This document shows, in pieces, positions 1 through 9,915 of a stretch of DNA of 53,303 bases. The notes under the pieces are model-generated. The model was not told where the DNA came from and searched no databases. It worked only from the letters and a program-made list of their open reading frames with translations. Location of the stretch: NCBI GenBank assembly GCA_964106645.2, contig CAXKZF020000136.1; one strand, given 5' to 3'. This stretch comes from Podarcis pityusensis. Taxonomy: Eukaryota. Positions within the stretch are counted from its first letter, which is position 1; every line of letters begins with the position of its first letter. The translations under genes were made by a program, and so were the position numbers.

Positions 1-351
1 GTTCCAGCCTGTAGCCGCCGAGGCTAAACGGTGCCGTCCCTTCTCGAGGACGTGAATCTAGAGACCTACTCGGATTGAGTCCTGTCACACTCAGGTCAAG
101 GTGTCGCTGGTAACTGCGCTGGCGTTACACCCCCGCAGCTCTGCTGTCGCACGCAGGTTCCTGTGCACGCCGACACGACGGCGCTAACCACGTGGAAGCC
201 CGTCGCACCAAGGGCTCTAAAGAGTGCCTGCCAGACCCGGAGGCGAAAAACTGGGTAGCGTGACCTAAGGGTCGCGTGGGGTGTCACCGTAACCGGGACA
301 CTAACAGATCGTGGATGTGAGCTCTGCTCCGTCCACGATCTTCCCTTTTTT
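1..351 (+). ncRNA. 3' part of the large structured RNA (duplicate of 48907-49257)
   Basis: Overlap copy. Confidence 0.65.
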
Positions 352-458
352 GAGGGGCTTATGCAGCCTTCGGGCCGAACTACTGCGTCAAACCCGAAAC
401 ACTTTTCGCCAGGTGTTGCAGCCGCGATTCTCAGACTTTCTTGTAATAAAAGGCGAAG

Positions 459-1001
459 TTAATCGGTCGCCCCACCAAACTGCTTGTTCTGACGCGTCTT
501 TTTTAGAAACTTCTCGAGTCGGGCCTGAAACACTTCAGGTTTACGCCGCATCTCCTCGATATAACTGATACGGACGCGCTTATACATTTCAGAAAAGGCT
601 TCAAAATGAGCCCAGGTTTCGGGGTTGGCTTGTAGTGCGCTCAAAATGTCTGCCGCGATGTAATCGTCTTCGAGCGAGAGGTCAGGTAGCGTCGCACGTC
701 CCGCCTCGGTCATCTTGCCTTCGTCGATCAGACGGCGGGCACGTATCTTATTTAGTTCGGTCCAGTGGCTGCGCTTACGCCTCGGCGTGTACCGCTTGAC
801 TAAATGGGTGGGGTTGATGCGTTTGCCAAAACCATCGATCCAACCAAAACATAGCGCCTCCTCAACGGCCTCGAGGTACGACACATTAAGCTGCTCTTTG
901 TCCGTCACCAACCAGATTTCGGTTTTTTTGTCGTGATGCTCAAAGAGCCACCGACGCCACGCGGCGCGGTCGGGGGCGTGAAACGTTTCAGTAATGTCCA
1001 T
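459..1001 (-). CDS. YdeI/OmpD-associated family protein
   Basis: WRRWL..H, EAVEEALCFGWIDG, YTPRRKRSHW and C-terminal OmdA-like motifs. Confidence 0.9.
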   Translation of the reverse strand: MDITETFHAPDRAAWRRWLFEHHDKKTEIWLVTDKEQLNVSYLEAVEEALCFGWIDGFGKRINPTHLVKRYTPRRKRSHWTELNKIRARRLIDEGKMTEAGRATLPDLSLEDDYIAADILSALQANPETWAHFEAFSEMYKRVRISYIEEMRRKPEVFQARLEKFLKKTRQNKQFGGATD

Positions 1002-1195
1002 CTTCTACCTCTTGAGGCGTCATACATGCATCAACTTTGCCACTAATTTTAGCGTGCGCAACATGCAAGTTTGATAGATAAAAAGAGAGCGATAGACTTC
1101 AGAGCTTTCGGACGTTTCAGGTGTCCGAGCCCCAAGTCGAAATAACTTGACAACACCCGTTGGCCCAGGTCTACCGCTCCTGTTTGGTCAACGGC

Positions 1196-1633
1196 TCAGG
1201 CGTCGGCCCGAACTTCCAGAATCCAGGTCACGCCGAACTGATCTCTAAGCATTCCGTAGAGCGGCGAGCCCCACGCCGAAGGACCCACGTCCACCGTGAC
1301 GGTTGCGCCGTCCTTGAGCCCGTCCCAGTAGGCCGTCATCTCGTCGGTCGAGTCGCCGTTAAGTGCGACAAAGAGCGCCTTGTCGCCTTGATCGTACGAC
1401 ATGGCAGCCGGGACGTCGTAGCCCATCACATGAAAACCTTTGTCGCTCATAACCTGGCCCCACATGATCTCGTCGGCTTCGTCTTCGGTCGCCATACCGC
1501 CCTCGCTCTGCATGTTGTGTCCGTCCTTATAGGTGAGGAGGGTGATCTCGCCGCCGAAGACGGACTGGTAGAACTCGAGCGCGGTGCGGGCGGTGTGACG
1601 GTAGTTGAGGTGAGTCGTGGTCGTGATAGCCAT
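1196..1633 (-). CDS. VOC/glyoxalase family protein (PhnB-like)
   Basis: ALEFYQSVFGG...WGSPLYGMLRDQFGVTW. Confidence 0.9.
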   Translation of the reverse strand: MAITTTTHLNYRHTARTALEFYQSVFGGEITLLTYKDGHNMQSEGGMATEDEADEIMWGQVMSDKGFHVMGYDVPAAMSYDQGDKALFVALNGDSTDEMTAYWDGLKDGATVTVDVGPSAWGSPLYGMLRDQFGVTWILEVRADA

Positions 1634-2036
1634 TGATGTCTCCTTTATAAATAGGGTGTAGGTAGGGGTACCTTCGGAAGATTTTACGGTTACCGCTGTA
1701 GCCTCCAGCTTGACCTCGTTTTGGGTCTTCTAAAGTCTACGGGCGAGTGTAGGTCAGGGTCAGTCTTGAGTTTGTGTCTTACTTTGCCGTGTTAGAGCTC
1801 GAGACAAGTTCACCCTAGCTGAGGCAAGCCTGTAAGTGGCTACTGAACTCCGGGTGGTCTTGCAGCTGATGTCCTCAGCTTTTCAACAGCTCAATGACCA
1901 TCTCTGTTACACACCGTTTTATGCAGTGGTTGAGCGCGTTGTCTGCATATCCCTATGAGGTGCCACTCATAGATCGTGCCCGTCAAGCTTCGCTCCGTTT
2001 GGGATCTGTCATTTGTACATAGTCACATCGAAACAA

Positions 2037-2058
2037 AAGGGCGAAGCGCTTCGCCCTT
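2037..2058. promoter_or_regulatory. Perfect 22-bp palindrome upstream of the Xre-RES operon (possible operator or hairpin)
   Basis: AAGGGCGAAGC|GCTTCGCCCTT. Confidence 0.45.
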
Positions 2059-2109
2059 ATTTTGTCAATCATTCATCAATAACTCGTCAATTTATTGTAA
2101 AGTAAAGCG

Positions 2110-2481
2110 ATGAGAAGCACTGCGTCCAATCTGATGTTCGGCGTGCCTACCGTTCATGACGAGACGGGCGACATACAAGTGGCTGAACTCGCCAGCCTCT
2201 TCGAGGTCAGCCAGGCACAGCTTGCCCGCATGTCGGGCGTCAGTCGTCAGCTGCTGCACCAGTCTCCTCGCTCAGTCAAGGTGCAGCGTGCCCTGAGACG
2301 ACTGGAGTACCTCTTCGCCCGCACACGTAACTTGACAGGCTCACCCATCAACGCTCGCATCTGGCTCAAGATGGGCCATCCCGACCTCGAGGGCGTCGCA
2401 CCTATTGAGCTGCTCGAAGAGGGACATACCGAGGCCATCGAGGACTTCCTGCTCGCCATCGAGACCGGCTCGCCCCGTTGA
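2110..2481 (+). CDS. Xre/MbcA/ParS-type antitoxin
   Basis: N-terminal HTH plus ARIWL...HPDLEGVAPIELL motif; overlaps the RES gene start. Confidence 0.85.
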   Translation: MRSTASNLMFGVPTVHDETGDIQVAELASLFEVSQAQLARMSGVSRQLLHQSPRSVKVQRALRRLEYLFARTRNLTGSPINARIWLKMGHPDLEGVAPIELLEEGHTEAIEDFLLAIETGSPR

Positions 2482-3033
2482 GCGAACGCCTGGAGCGTCT
2501 CAGCTCGCTCGAGCCCAACGCCCTCGCTGGAACAGCTTTTCGCGCAGTCAACCTGCGTTACCTCGAGACACCACTCTCCGCCGTCGGTCGATCCTGACGG
2601 GCGGGCGCTACAACCCCAAGGGGGCGTTCGAGGTGCTCTACCTGGCTGAGAACCCCATGACCACCCTGCTCGAGGTGCAGTTCGCCGCCAGCAGCGGCGG
2701 GCGCTTCGTGGCTGAGCCCAAAGATCCCTATGTCGTCTTCAGCGTCGCATTTACGCTTCAACACCTAGTCAACCTGCACGATCCCCATAACCTTTCGGAG
2801 CTTGGTCTCTCCCCTGCCGACCTGCAACAGCCTTAGCGCTTGAAGCAGGCACGTGGTGAAAGGGTCCTCACGCACGAGTTAGGTCGGGCACTCTTTGAAC
2901 GTGGGTATGAAGGCCTCAACTACCCCTCGGCCACAGACGGTACGGCGAACCTTGCGGTCTTCCCGACAACTTGAAGCCTGGGAGCCTACTTCAGATCACT
3001 TGGGAAGGCCGTACCCTCGCGAAGGTGCCTTAG
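2478..3033 (+). pseudogene. RES-domain toxin with in-frame amber codon
   Basis: R...GGRYNP...LYLAE...E...YPS..NLAVF motifs; TAG at 2834-2836 in both copies; extra indels in copy 1. Confidence 0.8.
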
Positions 3034-3089
3034 CAACGCATGTCCAAAGAGATACCAGAGCCCTATGTATATAGGGTACGGTGATCGCT

Positions 3090-3285
3090 CTACTTCGCGG
3101 CAAACGTAAGCGCAGCAGCGATGTCCTCAGCTTCCAGGTACGGGTAGTCCCCCTAGGATCTCCTCCTGGCTCGCTCCGGCAGCCAGCAGGTCGAGGATGT
3201 CCTTCACCCGGACTCTTAGACCACGGATGCAAGGTTTCCGCCGCACTGGTCCGGATTCCACAGTGATGCGCTCTAGCTGACTCAT
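3090..3285 (-). pseudogene. Orphan DUF433 antitoxin (frameshifted)
   Basis: RITVNPDQCGG/KPCIRGLRVRVKDILDLLAAG..DYPYLEAEDIAAAL; one base missing at GGAAACC in both copies. Confidence 0.75.
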
Positions 3286-3402
3286 GACCTCACTCCTCAC
3301 GGACCAGTCTGCTCGCTTGATCAATAACAAACCCTAAGGTGTACCCCCGTACCACATCGCGTGCATCCCGTATTTTTTCATGTGCTCGCTGTATCGTCAG
3401 GC

Positions 3403-4116
3403 ATGCGCCTGCACAGCCATTTCGTCGCTCTGTTTGCCCTACTGACCGCCATTGCTACAGCTCAGCAACCCCCACAGCTTGATCCATCCCGAGCCTCGGT
3501 GAACCCTAGAGCCGACGAGATCAGAACGACCGCTTGTACCGTCGAGGAAACGGACGATGACGATGAGCCCAGCAGCCGCGACCTGCCCTCACGCCAGACC
3601 CCCGAATGGCAAGCCGAGTACGCCCGCAGGCAAGCCTACAGCACGCTCTTCCCAGAGTTCCTGGCAGTCGTGCCCCTCGAGCGGGATGACGAGGTGCTCA
3701 TGCCGGTCGAGGGCGTCACCATGAGCCAGGTGGCAGACACCTGGGGTGCAGCTAGAAGCGAAGGCCGGTCGCACGAAGGTACCGACATCTTCGCTGCTGA
3801 GGGCACCCCGATTTATTCCGCCACGACCGGGTACGTGCAGCGCATCGGCTCTAACCCGGTCGGCGGCAACATCGTGACCGTCATCGGTGGAGGCAGTGTG
3901 CGTTATTACTACGCCCATCTCTCGGGCTTCTCCGAGGCGCTCGAGGAGGGGCAGTACGTGACGCCCGAAACGCTCCTGGGCTACGTGGGCAACACCGGCA
4001 ACGCCATAACCACCCCGCCGCACCTGCATTTCGGCGTTTACGCTGGTGAGTCGTACCTGACGTGCGACTGGGACGCCGAGAACCCTTACTCCCTCATCGT
4101 CGATAGAGTCTGGTGA
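3403..4116 (+). CDS. Secreted M23 family metallopeptidase
   Basis: Signal peptide; HEGTDIFA, YYYAHL, PPHLHFG motifs (start could be 3361). Confidence 0.92.
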   Translation: MRLHSHFVALFALLTAIATAQQPPQLDPSRASVNPRADEIRTTACTVEETDDDDEPSSRDLPSRQTPEWQAEYARRQAYSTLFPEFLAVVPLERDDEVLMPVEGVTMSQVADTWGAARSEGRSHEGTDIFAAEGTPIYSATTGYVQRIGSNPVGGNIVTVIGGGSVRYYYAHLSGFSEALEEGQYVTPETLLGYVGNTGNAITTPPHLHFGVYAGESYLTCDWDAENPYSLIVDRVW

Positions 4117-4159
4117 AGAACGTCATACCTGTGACGGCTGAAGTCGTTGCTGGCAGGCT

Positions 4160-4880
4160 TTACTCAGCCAGGGTGCGCCCGAAGAAGCTGACCATCTGGT
4201 CGTAAGCGTCGTTTGCCGCGAAGGTTTCCTGCAGCTCACCGTCTACCAGGAAGCTGTGTGGCTCGCCCTGGTAGACGCTTAGCTCGAAAAACTTGCCCGC
4301 CTCGTCGAGCACCGTCGCGTACTCGTAGATGTCGGCAATCGGGCTCGCTTCGTCGGCCGTCCCGTGGAAGATGAGCATGGGCGCGTCGAGCTGCGAAACG
4401 ATCGCCTCGTCGATGGGCCGGTCTCCCTCATCACCCCGGTTGGGAAAGCCATACCAGGCTACGCCCGCCGCGAACTCGGTGATGGTCGGCAGGTAGTACA
4501 TGGTGTAATAACCGCCAATGCAAAAGCCCGTCAGGCCGATGCGCTCGGGGTCCACGTCGCCACGCTCACCCAGAAAAGCCAAGCTATCGCGCAGGAGGGC
4601 GTCCATAACCTCCAGGGGCGGTTCCTCCTCGTAGGTTTGCCACTCGAGCGCCAGCGTTACAAAGCCATCCGCGGCTAGCTTGTCGGCGACCTCTTCGTAG
4701 CCGGGTTGTTGCCCTCTGATCGAGTGCAAGAGGACAACGGCGGGCTTCTGACCTTCGCCATCGGGCACCGTCAGGTAGGCGGGGTAGCTCTGCTCCTGGC
4801 TGGTGACTTCGACACGTTCGGCGCTCTGGGCGAACACAAGACCAAAAGACAAAACGACCAAACGATAGTAAAACGCGCAT
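4160..4880 (-). CDS. Dienelactone hydrolase family protein (signal-peptide region probably frameshifted)
   Basis: GFCIGG nucleophile elbow, HGTAD, GEPHSF; RBS+ATG at 4880 is out of frame with ORF 4160-4861. Confidence 0.85.
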
Positions 4881-5469
4881 GGTTAAGCCTCCAGGGGTGA
4901 GCTGCCCCCAGGGTAGCGGAAAGGGCGGCAAGCAGTTATGCCCACCCCTCAGGATCAGAGCAGCCGTCTAGGGTGAGCGTGGAGGGTAACCATGCGAGAC
5001 GAAAGCCGCAGCTGCAACAAAACCGTTAGGTCTCAAAGCTTTTAGGCGACCTAAAAACCGGCAGCATCATCACGGCCGGGCAAGCCTCCTACTTTTACGG
5101 CTCTAGTCCCGCAGACGCTCGAGCCTAACGGCCTAAACCAACGCCACAGCTTGACACGAAGAGAATTGCGACCTTATTTCAGCACGCGCTGATCAAAGGT
5201 GGTAGAAGCGTAGCCACCGCGCGACCAAGCAGGTCACTCCAAGACCATTCATCCCATATAGACACCCCGAGCGTCTCTTTGGCACCGGTCAACCTCTAAA
5301 AACAGGGCCATTTCTTACCTGTCGGCCTGTAGCGGCGGTTTTCTTAATACTCCAGACGATAAAGGGCAAATGATTAAAATCTCGTCTCTGACGCAAAAAT
5401 ACAGCCTGAAATGTTAACTCAGCAGAAAACCCGAAGCTGCTCTACGGTGAACTAGAAGGAGCTACCTGT

Positions 5470-6177
5470 ATGTATATCGATCTGTTCGACCAAACCGAAA
5501 CCGTTCGTCTCACTAGGCTTTGCCACGACCTGCAAACCGATAAGGTACTCACCGCAGGGCAGGTGTGGGAGCGCTATAGACTCAGTCCGCGTGTCCTTCG
5601 AGAGGCCGGCTTCACCCTTTCCTGGGAACGCTGGAAAGCGACACCCGATAAGGTCAAAGACCACGCGGTTACCTGCATCACGCTCGAGCCCAGATCACCA
5701 GGCTCTAAGGCAGGATGCTCGCGCCGCGACACGGGTCTCGCAGAGATTCGTTACCTGTTACGTGAACCCTCGAGTTCCTGGAAGTCACCCGAATCATCTG
5801 GGTCTAAGGCCAGGGCCTTGCCCGACATCATCTGCGACAAGCGTCCTGACAACCCGGAAGTCTTTGCCGTGGTGTACGTACTTGGCAAGTCAGGTATAGA
5901 TGACCTTCGCCGCCGGGCACTTGCCCTCGAAGGTAGTTTTCCCACCATCCTTTGGGGCGTTGTGTCCAAGACTAACCGAGAAAAGCTCGAGGGTTGCCTT
6001 TCTGGGCTCGAAACCTCCACCAAGCATCTAGTCCTGGACGCCCCCTACGCCCCTGAACTGGCTAATCCCTACCGCTACGCGTACCCCTGCGATGATCCCA
6101 CAACGCGGGCCATCATTAGGCAAAATCCTGGTCCCCGCTGGCACTGGCTTCAGAGCAGTGACGGCCAAAATTCGTGA
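5470..6177 (+). CDS. Hypothetical protein, possibly a degenerate replication-relaxation / PD-(D/E)XK-like protein
   Basis: GLAEIRYLL...W...PDII...FAVVY...LWG spacing recalls Deinococcota Replic_Relax-like proteins; expected acidic residues appear replaced. Confidence 0.4.
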   Translation: MYIDLFDQTETVRLTRLCHDLQTDKVLTAGQVWERYRLSPRVLREAGFTLSWERWKATPDKVKDHAVTCITLEPRSPGSKAGCSRRDTGLAEIRYLLREPSSSWKSPESSGSKARALPDIICDKRPDNPEVFAVVYVLGKSGIDDLRRRALALEGSFPTILWGVVSKTNREKLEGCLSGLETSTKHLVLDAPYAPELANPYRYAYPCDDPTTRAIIRQNPGPRWHWLQSSDGQNS

Positions 6178-6238
6178 GCAGCCTTGCGCTACGCGAATGG
6201 AACACGTCCTTTAGGTTCACTGGGAGTCACAATCGGAC

Positions 6239-6655
6239 CTAGGGCAGTAGAACGAGTTCTGGGTACGCTGTGCGGTAACGCTTTGGATCAAGCGTGAGGA
6301 GCCGATCTGCTTTCATAAGGGCGTGAGCACCCACGATGAAGTCCACCAGCGACCTTTTGGGATGACCGGCTCGGTCCTCGCGGCGACGGGCAGCGTAGGC
6401 ACTATAGGCCTCCCCCACCAGCTCCCAGATGGTGCGCTCGAGGTTGACGTCAATCTCGATCTGGGTATCGCCGAGAAAGGTATCTACAAATGCTTTTGAT
6501 GCACCCGGATAGGCTATGAGTTCGGCATAGACCGGAGCGCAGATGATGAGCCCGCCCTCCCGCCTTGCCTCGAACAGGAGCTCTTTCATCCCTTCGCTGG
6601 CAGGTTCGTTCGACCATAGGGCGCTGATGACGTTGGTGTCGATGGCGCTCAGCAC
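6239..6655 (-). CDS. vapC: VapC/PIN-domain toxin
   Basis: IDTNVIS, VYAEL, DFIVGAHA, LLTLD. Confidence 0.9.
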   Translation of the reverse strand: MLSAIDTNVISALWSNEPASEGMKELLFEARREGGLIICAPVYAELIAYPGASKAFVDTFLGDTQIEIDVNLERTIWELVGEAYSAYAARRREDRAGHPKRSLVDFIVGAHALMKADRLLTLDPKRYRTAYPELVLLP

Positions 6656-6904
6656 CTAAGCGTCGTCAGGGTCGTCACGCAACTCTGCCACCCAATCGTT
6701 GACGTCGTCCCTAGTGCCAAAAGACTTTAGAGCCCCGACATAAGCCGAAAAGGGATTCACCTCTCCCCTGGCAGGCTTGAGGATGATCTGGCCCCGTTCG
6801 GCAACGAACTCGACCTGATCACCTTGTCTGAGTCCCAGGCGCTGCCGCACCTCTTGGGGAATGGTGATCTGTCCTTTGCTTGTAAGGGTCGCTCGTGTCG
6901 TCAT
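6656..6904 (-). CDS. AbrB/MazE/SpoVT antitoxin
   Basis: TLTSKGQITIPQEVRQRLGLRQGD. Confidence 0.92.
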   Translation of the reverse strand: MTTRATLTSKGQITIPQEVRQRLGLRQGDQVEFVAERGQIILKPARGEVNPFSAYVGALKSFGTRDDVNDWVAELRDDPDDA

Positions 6905-6934
6905 TCCTTACTGTAACACCTTACAGTAAGGAAT
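6903..6934. promoter_or_regulatory. 14-bp inverted repeat abutting the antitoxin start (autoregulatory operator)
   Basis: ATTCCTTACTGTAA-CACC-TTACAGTAAGGAAT. Confidence 0.7.
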
Positions 6935-6938
6935 AGAG

Positions 6939-7244
6939 GTGTTTGCAGCTTTCCTCAGCATGGTATCTAAGAGATACGCTGGAGTCGCAGGCAAGAAGCC
7001 CAGAATCAAACGTCGCCGCAACGAAATCGGGTGTCTCGATAAGGTCGGCGAAGCCTATATCCAGGCGAGCGGTCAGCTCATGGAAGGCATAGCGCTCGTC
7101 GTCCTCTATGACCGCGTCGTAACCACACACGCCGAAGCAACCCTCGCGCTTCACGATGAGCTCGAGCGGCAACAGTTGTGCCCTGAAGACCTCTTCCACA
7201 TCATGAAACGAAAGCGCCAGCAGGCGACGTCTGAATTCGTTTAG
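6939..7244 (+). CDS. Hypothetical protein
   Basis: 101-aa ORF with GAGG upstream; convergent on rep. Confidence 0.35.
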   Translation: MFAAFLSMVSKRYAGVAGKKPRIKRRRNEIGCLDKVGEAYIQASGQLMEGIALVVLYDRVVTTHAEATLALHDELERQQLCPEDLFHIMKRKRQQATSEFV

Positions 7245-8308
7245 GCTGTCACCCGAACCAAGGGCACCTCCCGGAGTTCCTCCCACAGGGCGCAGGCCTT
7301 GAGCCGCGAGACGAAGAGCGCCCCTGGCTTCCGTGCAAAACCCTCTCGTAAATCCGCCATGACCCGCGTCACCATCGCATAGACCACCTCGAAATAGCCT
7401 CTCCCCTGCTGGTTGAGCCTGAGGAGCTGCCATACGAGGTGCCGATAGAAGTTGAGCGACCCTGGGTCCCCAAGGTGCTGCGCGAGCGCCTGCGCTGCCC
7501 TATCCACCCCGGTACGCCTCGCCTGCCTAGGCAACCCCGGGACATCGAGAAAGATCTCCAGCTCAAGCTTCTGGTCGGATGCGACAGTCAAAGTAACGGG
7601 GTTTTTCACTCGTTGCGGGGATAACGCCCAGGATAAGAGGGATTCAAACTCAACACGTTTGTCTTTTTCAGTATATGACTGTCGCATCTGCTGCCAAACG
7701 GTGTTTCCAGCTTCGATATCGGCCTCCAGATCACGGTAGCTGGCTTTGAGGTCCTCAAAGCGGAGACGGGCCTTGCTGCTGGCTGTGGGAACGAGCTTGA
7801 CTGACCAGAGGGTCCCATCACAGCGGACGCGACTCCCCAGGGTGGTTTTGTGCCCCCGACAAGCGACGAGGCCTAGCTCGAGCAGATCTTTCAGAGAGCG
7901 ATAAAACGAGCCTCGTGAAATCCCCAGGTAGGCACAGATCGCCTCAGCGGGGCAGAAGTAGCTCACCTGAGCGGCTTTGGGGTGGTAACCCCGTGTGTGG
8001 GCAACGTGGCAGCCGAGCAGGTTCAGACAAGCGTAGATGCGCTTCGCGAGAGGTCGTAACGCAGCAGCGACCCGACCGACCTGACGCGCTGAGAAGCTCG
8101 CTACGGCCTCTTGCAGGGGTTGGGCAACTATCTCTTTGCGTAAAACGGGCTCGGCGGCCTCAGCGATGCTCTCAGCGGCTCGTGGGAGGGGATTGGACGT
8201 AGCTTCCCTTCTCTGTTTGGGCAGTTCAAAGAGGGCGATCGGCTGGTTGTTCCTGGTTTCAAGGGTTCGCCTTAGCTTCTCGAGCTGTTGCTGAAGCGCC
8301 GGGTTCAC
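7241..8308 (-). CDS. Plasmid replication initiator (Deinococcus/Thermus RepA-type, wHTH)
   Basis: wHTH (LGISRGSFYRSLKDLLELGLV), DGTLWSVKL, RDLEADIEAG, C-terminal ARKPGALFVSRLK; lies next to the par locus. Confidence 0.75.
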   Translation of the reverse strand: MNPALQQQLEKLRRTLETRNNQPIALFELPKQRREATSNPLPRAAESIAEAAEPVLRKEIVAQPLQEAVASFSARQVGRVAAALRPLAKRIYACLNLLGCHVAHTRGYHPKAAQVSYFCPAEAICAYLGISRGSFYRSLKDLLELGLVACRGHKTTLGSRVRCDGTLWSVKLVPTASSKARLRFEDLKASYRDLEADIEAGNTVWQQMRQSYTEKDKRVEFESLLSWALSPQRVKNPVTLTVASDQKLELEIFLDVPGLPRQARRTGVDRAAQALAQHLGDPGSLNFYRHLVWQLLRLNQQGRGYFEVVYAMVTRVMADLREGFARKPGALFVSRLKACALWEELREVPLVRVTA

Positions 8309-8424
8309 ACTTGAGCCTCAGGCAGAGATGTATAAAGGTTGGCAAAAGTTCGACAATTCGCGTGCCTGACGGCATGCTTTGCGGGTGGCATCAATTTGGG
8401 GCTCCGAATCCTGTCTAAAAAGAC

Positions 8425-8530
8425 TTGACGGGAACGACCCAAGCGCTTACCCTGATTTTAGGAATGTTTTTTCAGAGGTAAGCACTTGGAGCTCTCGGTT
8501 GCGGCTAACAACCGGGAGTTCGTCATTTAC
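8425..8530 (+). ncRNA. Candidate countertranscript RNA in the rep leader
   Basis: TTGACG-17bp-TACCCT promoter (8425-8453) antisense to rep, followed by a hairpin at 8490-8520. Confidence 0.35.
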
Positions 8531-8703
8531 GGCTTTGTTGTTCTGCTACACCCTGCGTAGCTTCAAGTTTGAATAACGATCACCACCTTTAACTTGTAGC
8601 TGAGCCTAGCACAACGCGTGCCCTATTTGTATAGGGAGTAAAGAAGCATTAAAAATGCTCCCTCGGTCGGATTTTGCCGCTCACCAAGGCTATTCTTCGT
8701 GAC

Positions 8704-8761
8704 CTTTTACTCATATGAGTAATTGTACTTTTACTCATTAATACATAAACGCTTTTACTCA
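8704..8761. repeat. TTTTACTCA repeats (centromere-like or iteron-like)
   Basis: Copies at 8705, 8729 and 8753 (24-bp period), incl. palindrome TTACTCATATGAGTAA; also at 9575-9591 and 10570-10599. Confidence 0.65.
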
Positions 8762-8877
8762 AGCATTGTAGTGATATTTCCGCCTCAAATCCACCCGAGT
8801 TGGGAAGAGGCTGTCAATCATTCAAGCAATTCTAAGTTTTTTGCATCAGTTTCATCAATTGATGCTAATATAATTAG

Positions 8878-9135
8878 ATGAAACGAATCACCGTGACATT
8901 GCCCGATGACCTCGAGCGTGAACTCGAGACCTATCTCGCGGCTCAGGGAGCACCGCCCAGCCTCACCACCCTGACGCAAACGGCGCTGCGCGACTACTTG
9001 CGGGCTAGCAAGCTGCGGCAGCGCGGCTATCGTCCGGCCCAAAAACCCTTTGACATGCCTCCACTTGTCGAACAGGACGAGAGCGGGGAAGCCGACGTGA
9101 GCGTCAAGCACGATATCTACCTCTCCGAGAAGTGA
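8878..9135 (+). CDS. CopG/RHH antitoxin
   Basis: MKRITVTLPDDLE; coupled to a PIN gene. Confidence 0.85.
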   Translation: MKRITVTLPDDLERELETYLAAQGAPPSLTTLTQTALRDYLRASKLRQRGYRPAQKPFDMPPLVEQDESGEADVSVKHDIYLSEK

Positions 9136-9545
9136 GGGGGCTCCTCGTCGATACTGGCCCGCTTTACGCCCTGGCTATTCCCTCAGACCAGTACCATGCG
9201 CGAGCCAGAGCCGAGCAGCAGCAAGTCGCTCGTGAAAACTTGGCTGTCTTTGCCCTCTACCCTGTTGTTGCAGAAAGCTACACGCTTATCCTGAGGCGTG
9301 TTTCTCCTAGCGTCGCACAGGATTGGCTTCGCGACCTGCGCGAGCGGGTGAGTTTGTTAAACCCTACTGAAGCCGACTACCAAGAGGCGACTGAGTTGCT
9401 AGGGCGCTATCCAGACCAGACGATCTCGCTGTTCGATGCTCTCCTTGCCATCCTGACTCAGGAGCTTGAACTTAACCTCTGGACTTTCGACAGCCATTTC
9501 GATACTTTACGGAGTCCGGTTTGGCGTCCTGAGCCCACGACCTGA
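9132..9545 (+). CDS. vapC: PIN-domain (VapC) toxin
   Basis: LVDTGPLYAL, VAESY, SLFDA, WTFDSHF. Confidence 0.9.
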   Translation: MRGLLVDTGPLYALAIPSDQYHARARAEQQQVARENLAVFALYPVVAESYTLILRRVSPSVAQDWLRDLRERVSLLNPTEADYQEATELLGRYPDQTISLFDALLAILTQELELNLWTFDSHFDTLRSPVWRPEPTT

Positions 9546-9702
9546 AGGCGCTACACCTCAAGGATCATTTGCGCTTTTACTCAAATGAGTACATGAGCTA
9601 AGGACACCTGCTTAAGCTAGGGCAAATCGAGCTCTCATCTTCTTTCTTGACTTAGCAACGCACGGTTACCCTAGATTCACACGAACAAGCTGCTGAATGT
9701 CT

Positions 9703-9915
9703 TTACTGCTTTGAGCGTTTACTCAAATACTCATTTAATACGGCGATCACAAGTTCGGTGATGGATCGCCCTTCGTTAGCAGCCTGGATTTTGATTCTTC
9801 GGTGTAGGCTCAGGGGCACGACGGCGTTTAAGCGCGTCGTTTCTTCCCTTATAACTTCATCTAGAACTCTGTCTTTCGCGTCGCTCTTACGCCTCGTGGT
9901 CTTGGCCCTAAGCAT
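9703..9915 (-). CDS. ParG-like ribbon-helix-helix partition protein
   Basis: 70 aa, RLNAVVPLSLHRRIKIQAANEGRSITELV; overlaps the parA stop. Confidence 0.8.
   Translation of the reverse strand: MLRAKTTRRKSDAKDRVLDEVIREETTRLNAVVPLSLHRRIKIQAANEGRSITELVIAVLNEYLSKRSKQ

Larger units (their letters stand above)
1..4397. repeat. Terminal direct repeat, copy 1 (circular-contig overlap)
   Basis: Matches 48907-53303 at offset 48906; the only differences I found are four single-base homopolymer indels (near 2589, 2963, 3150, 3258). Confidence 0.97.
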
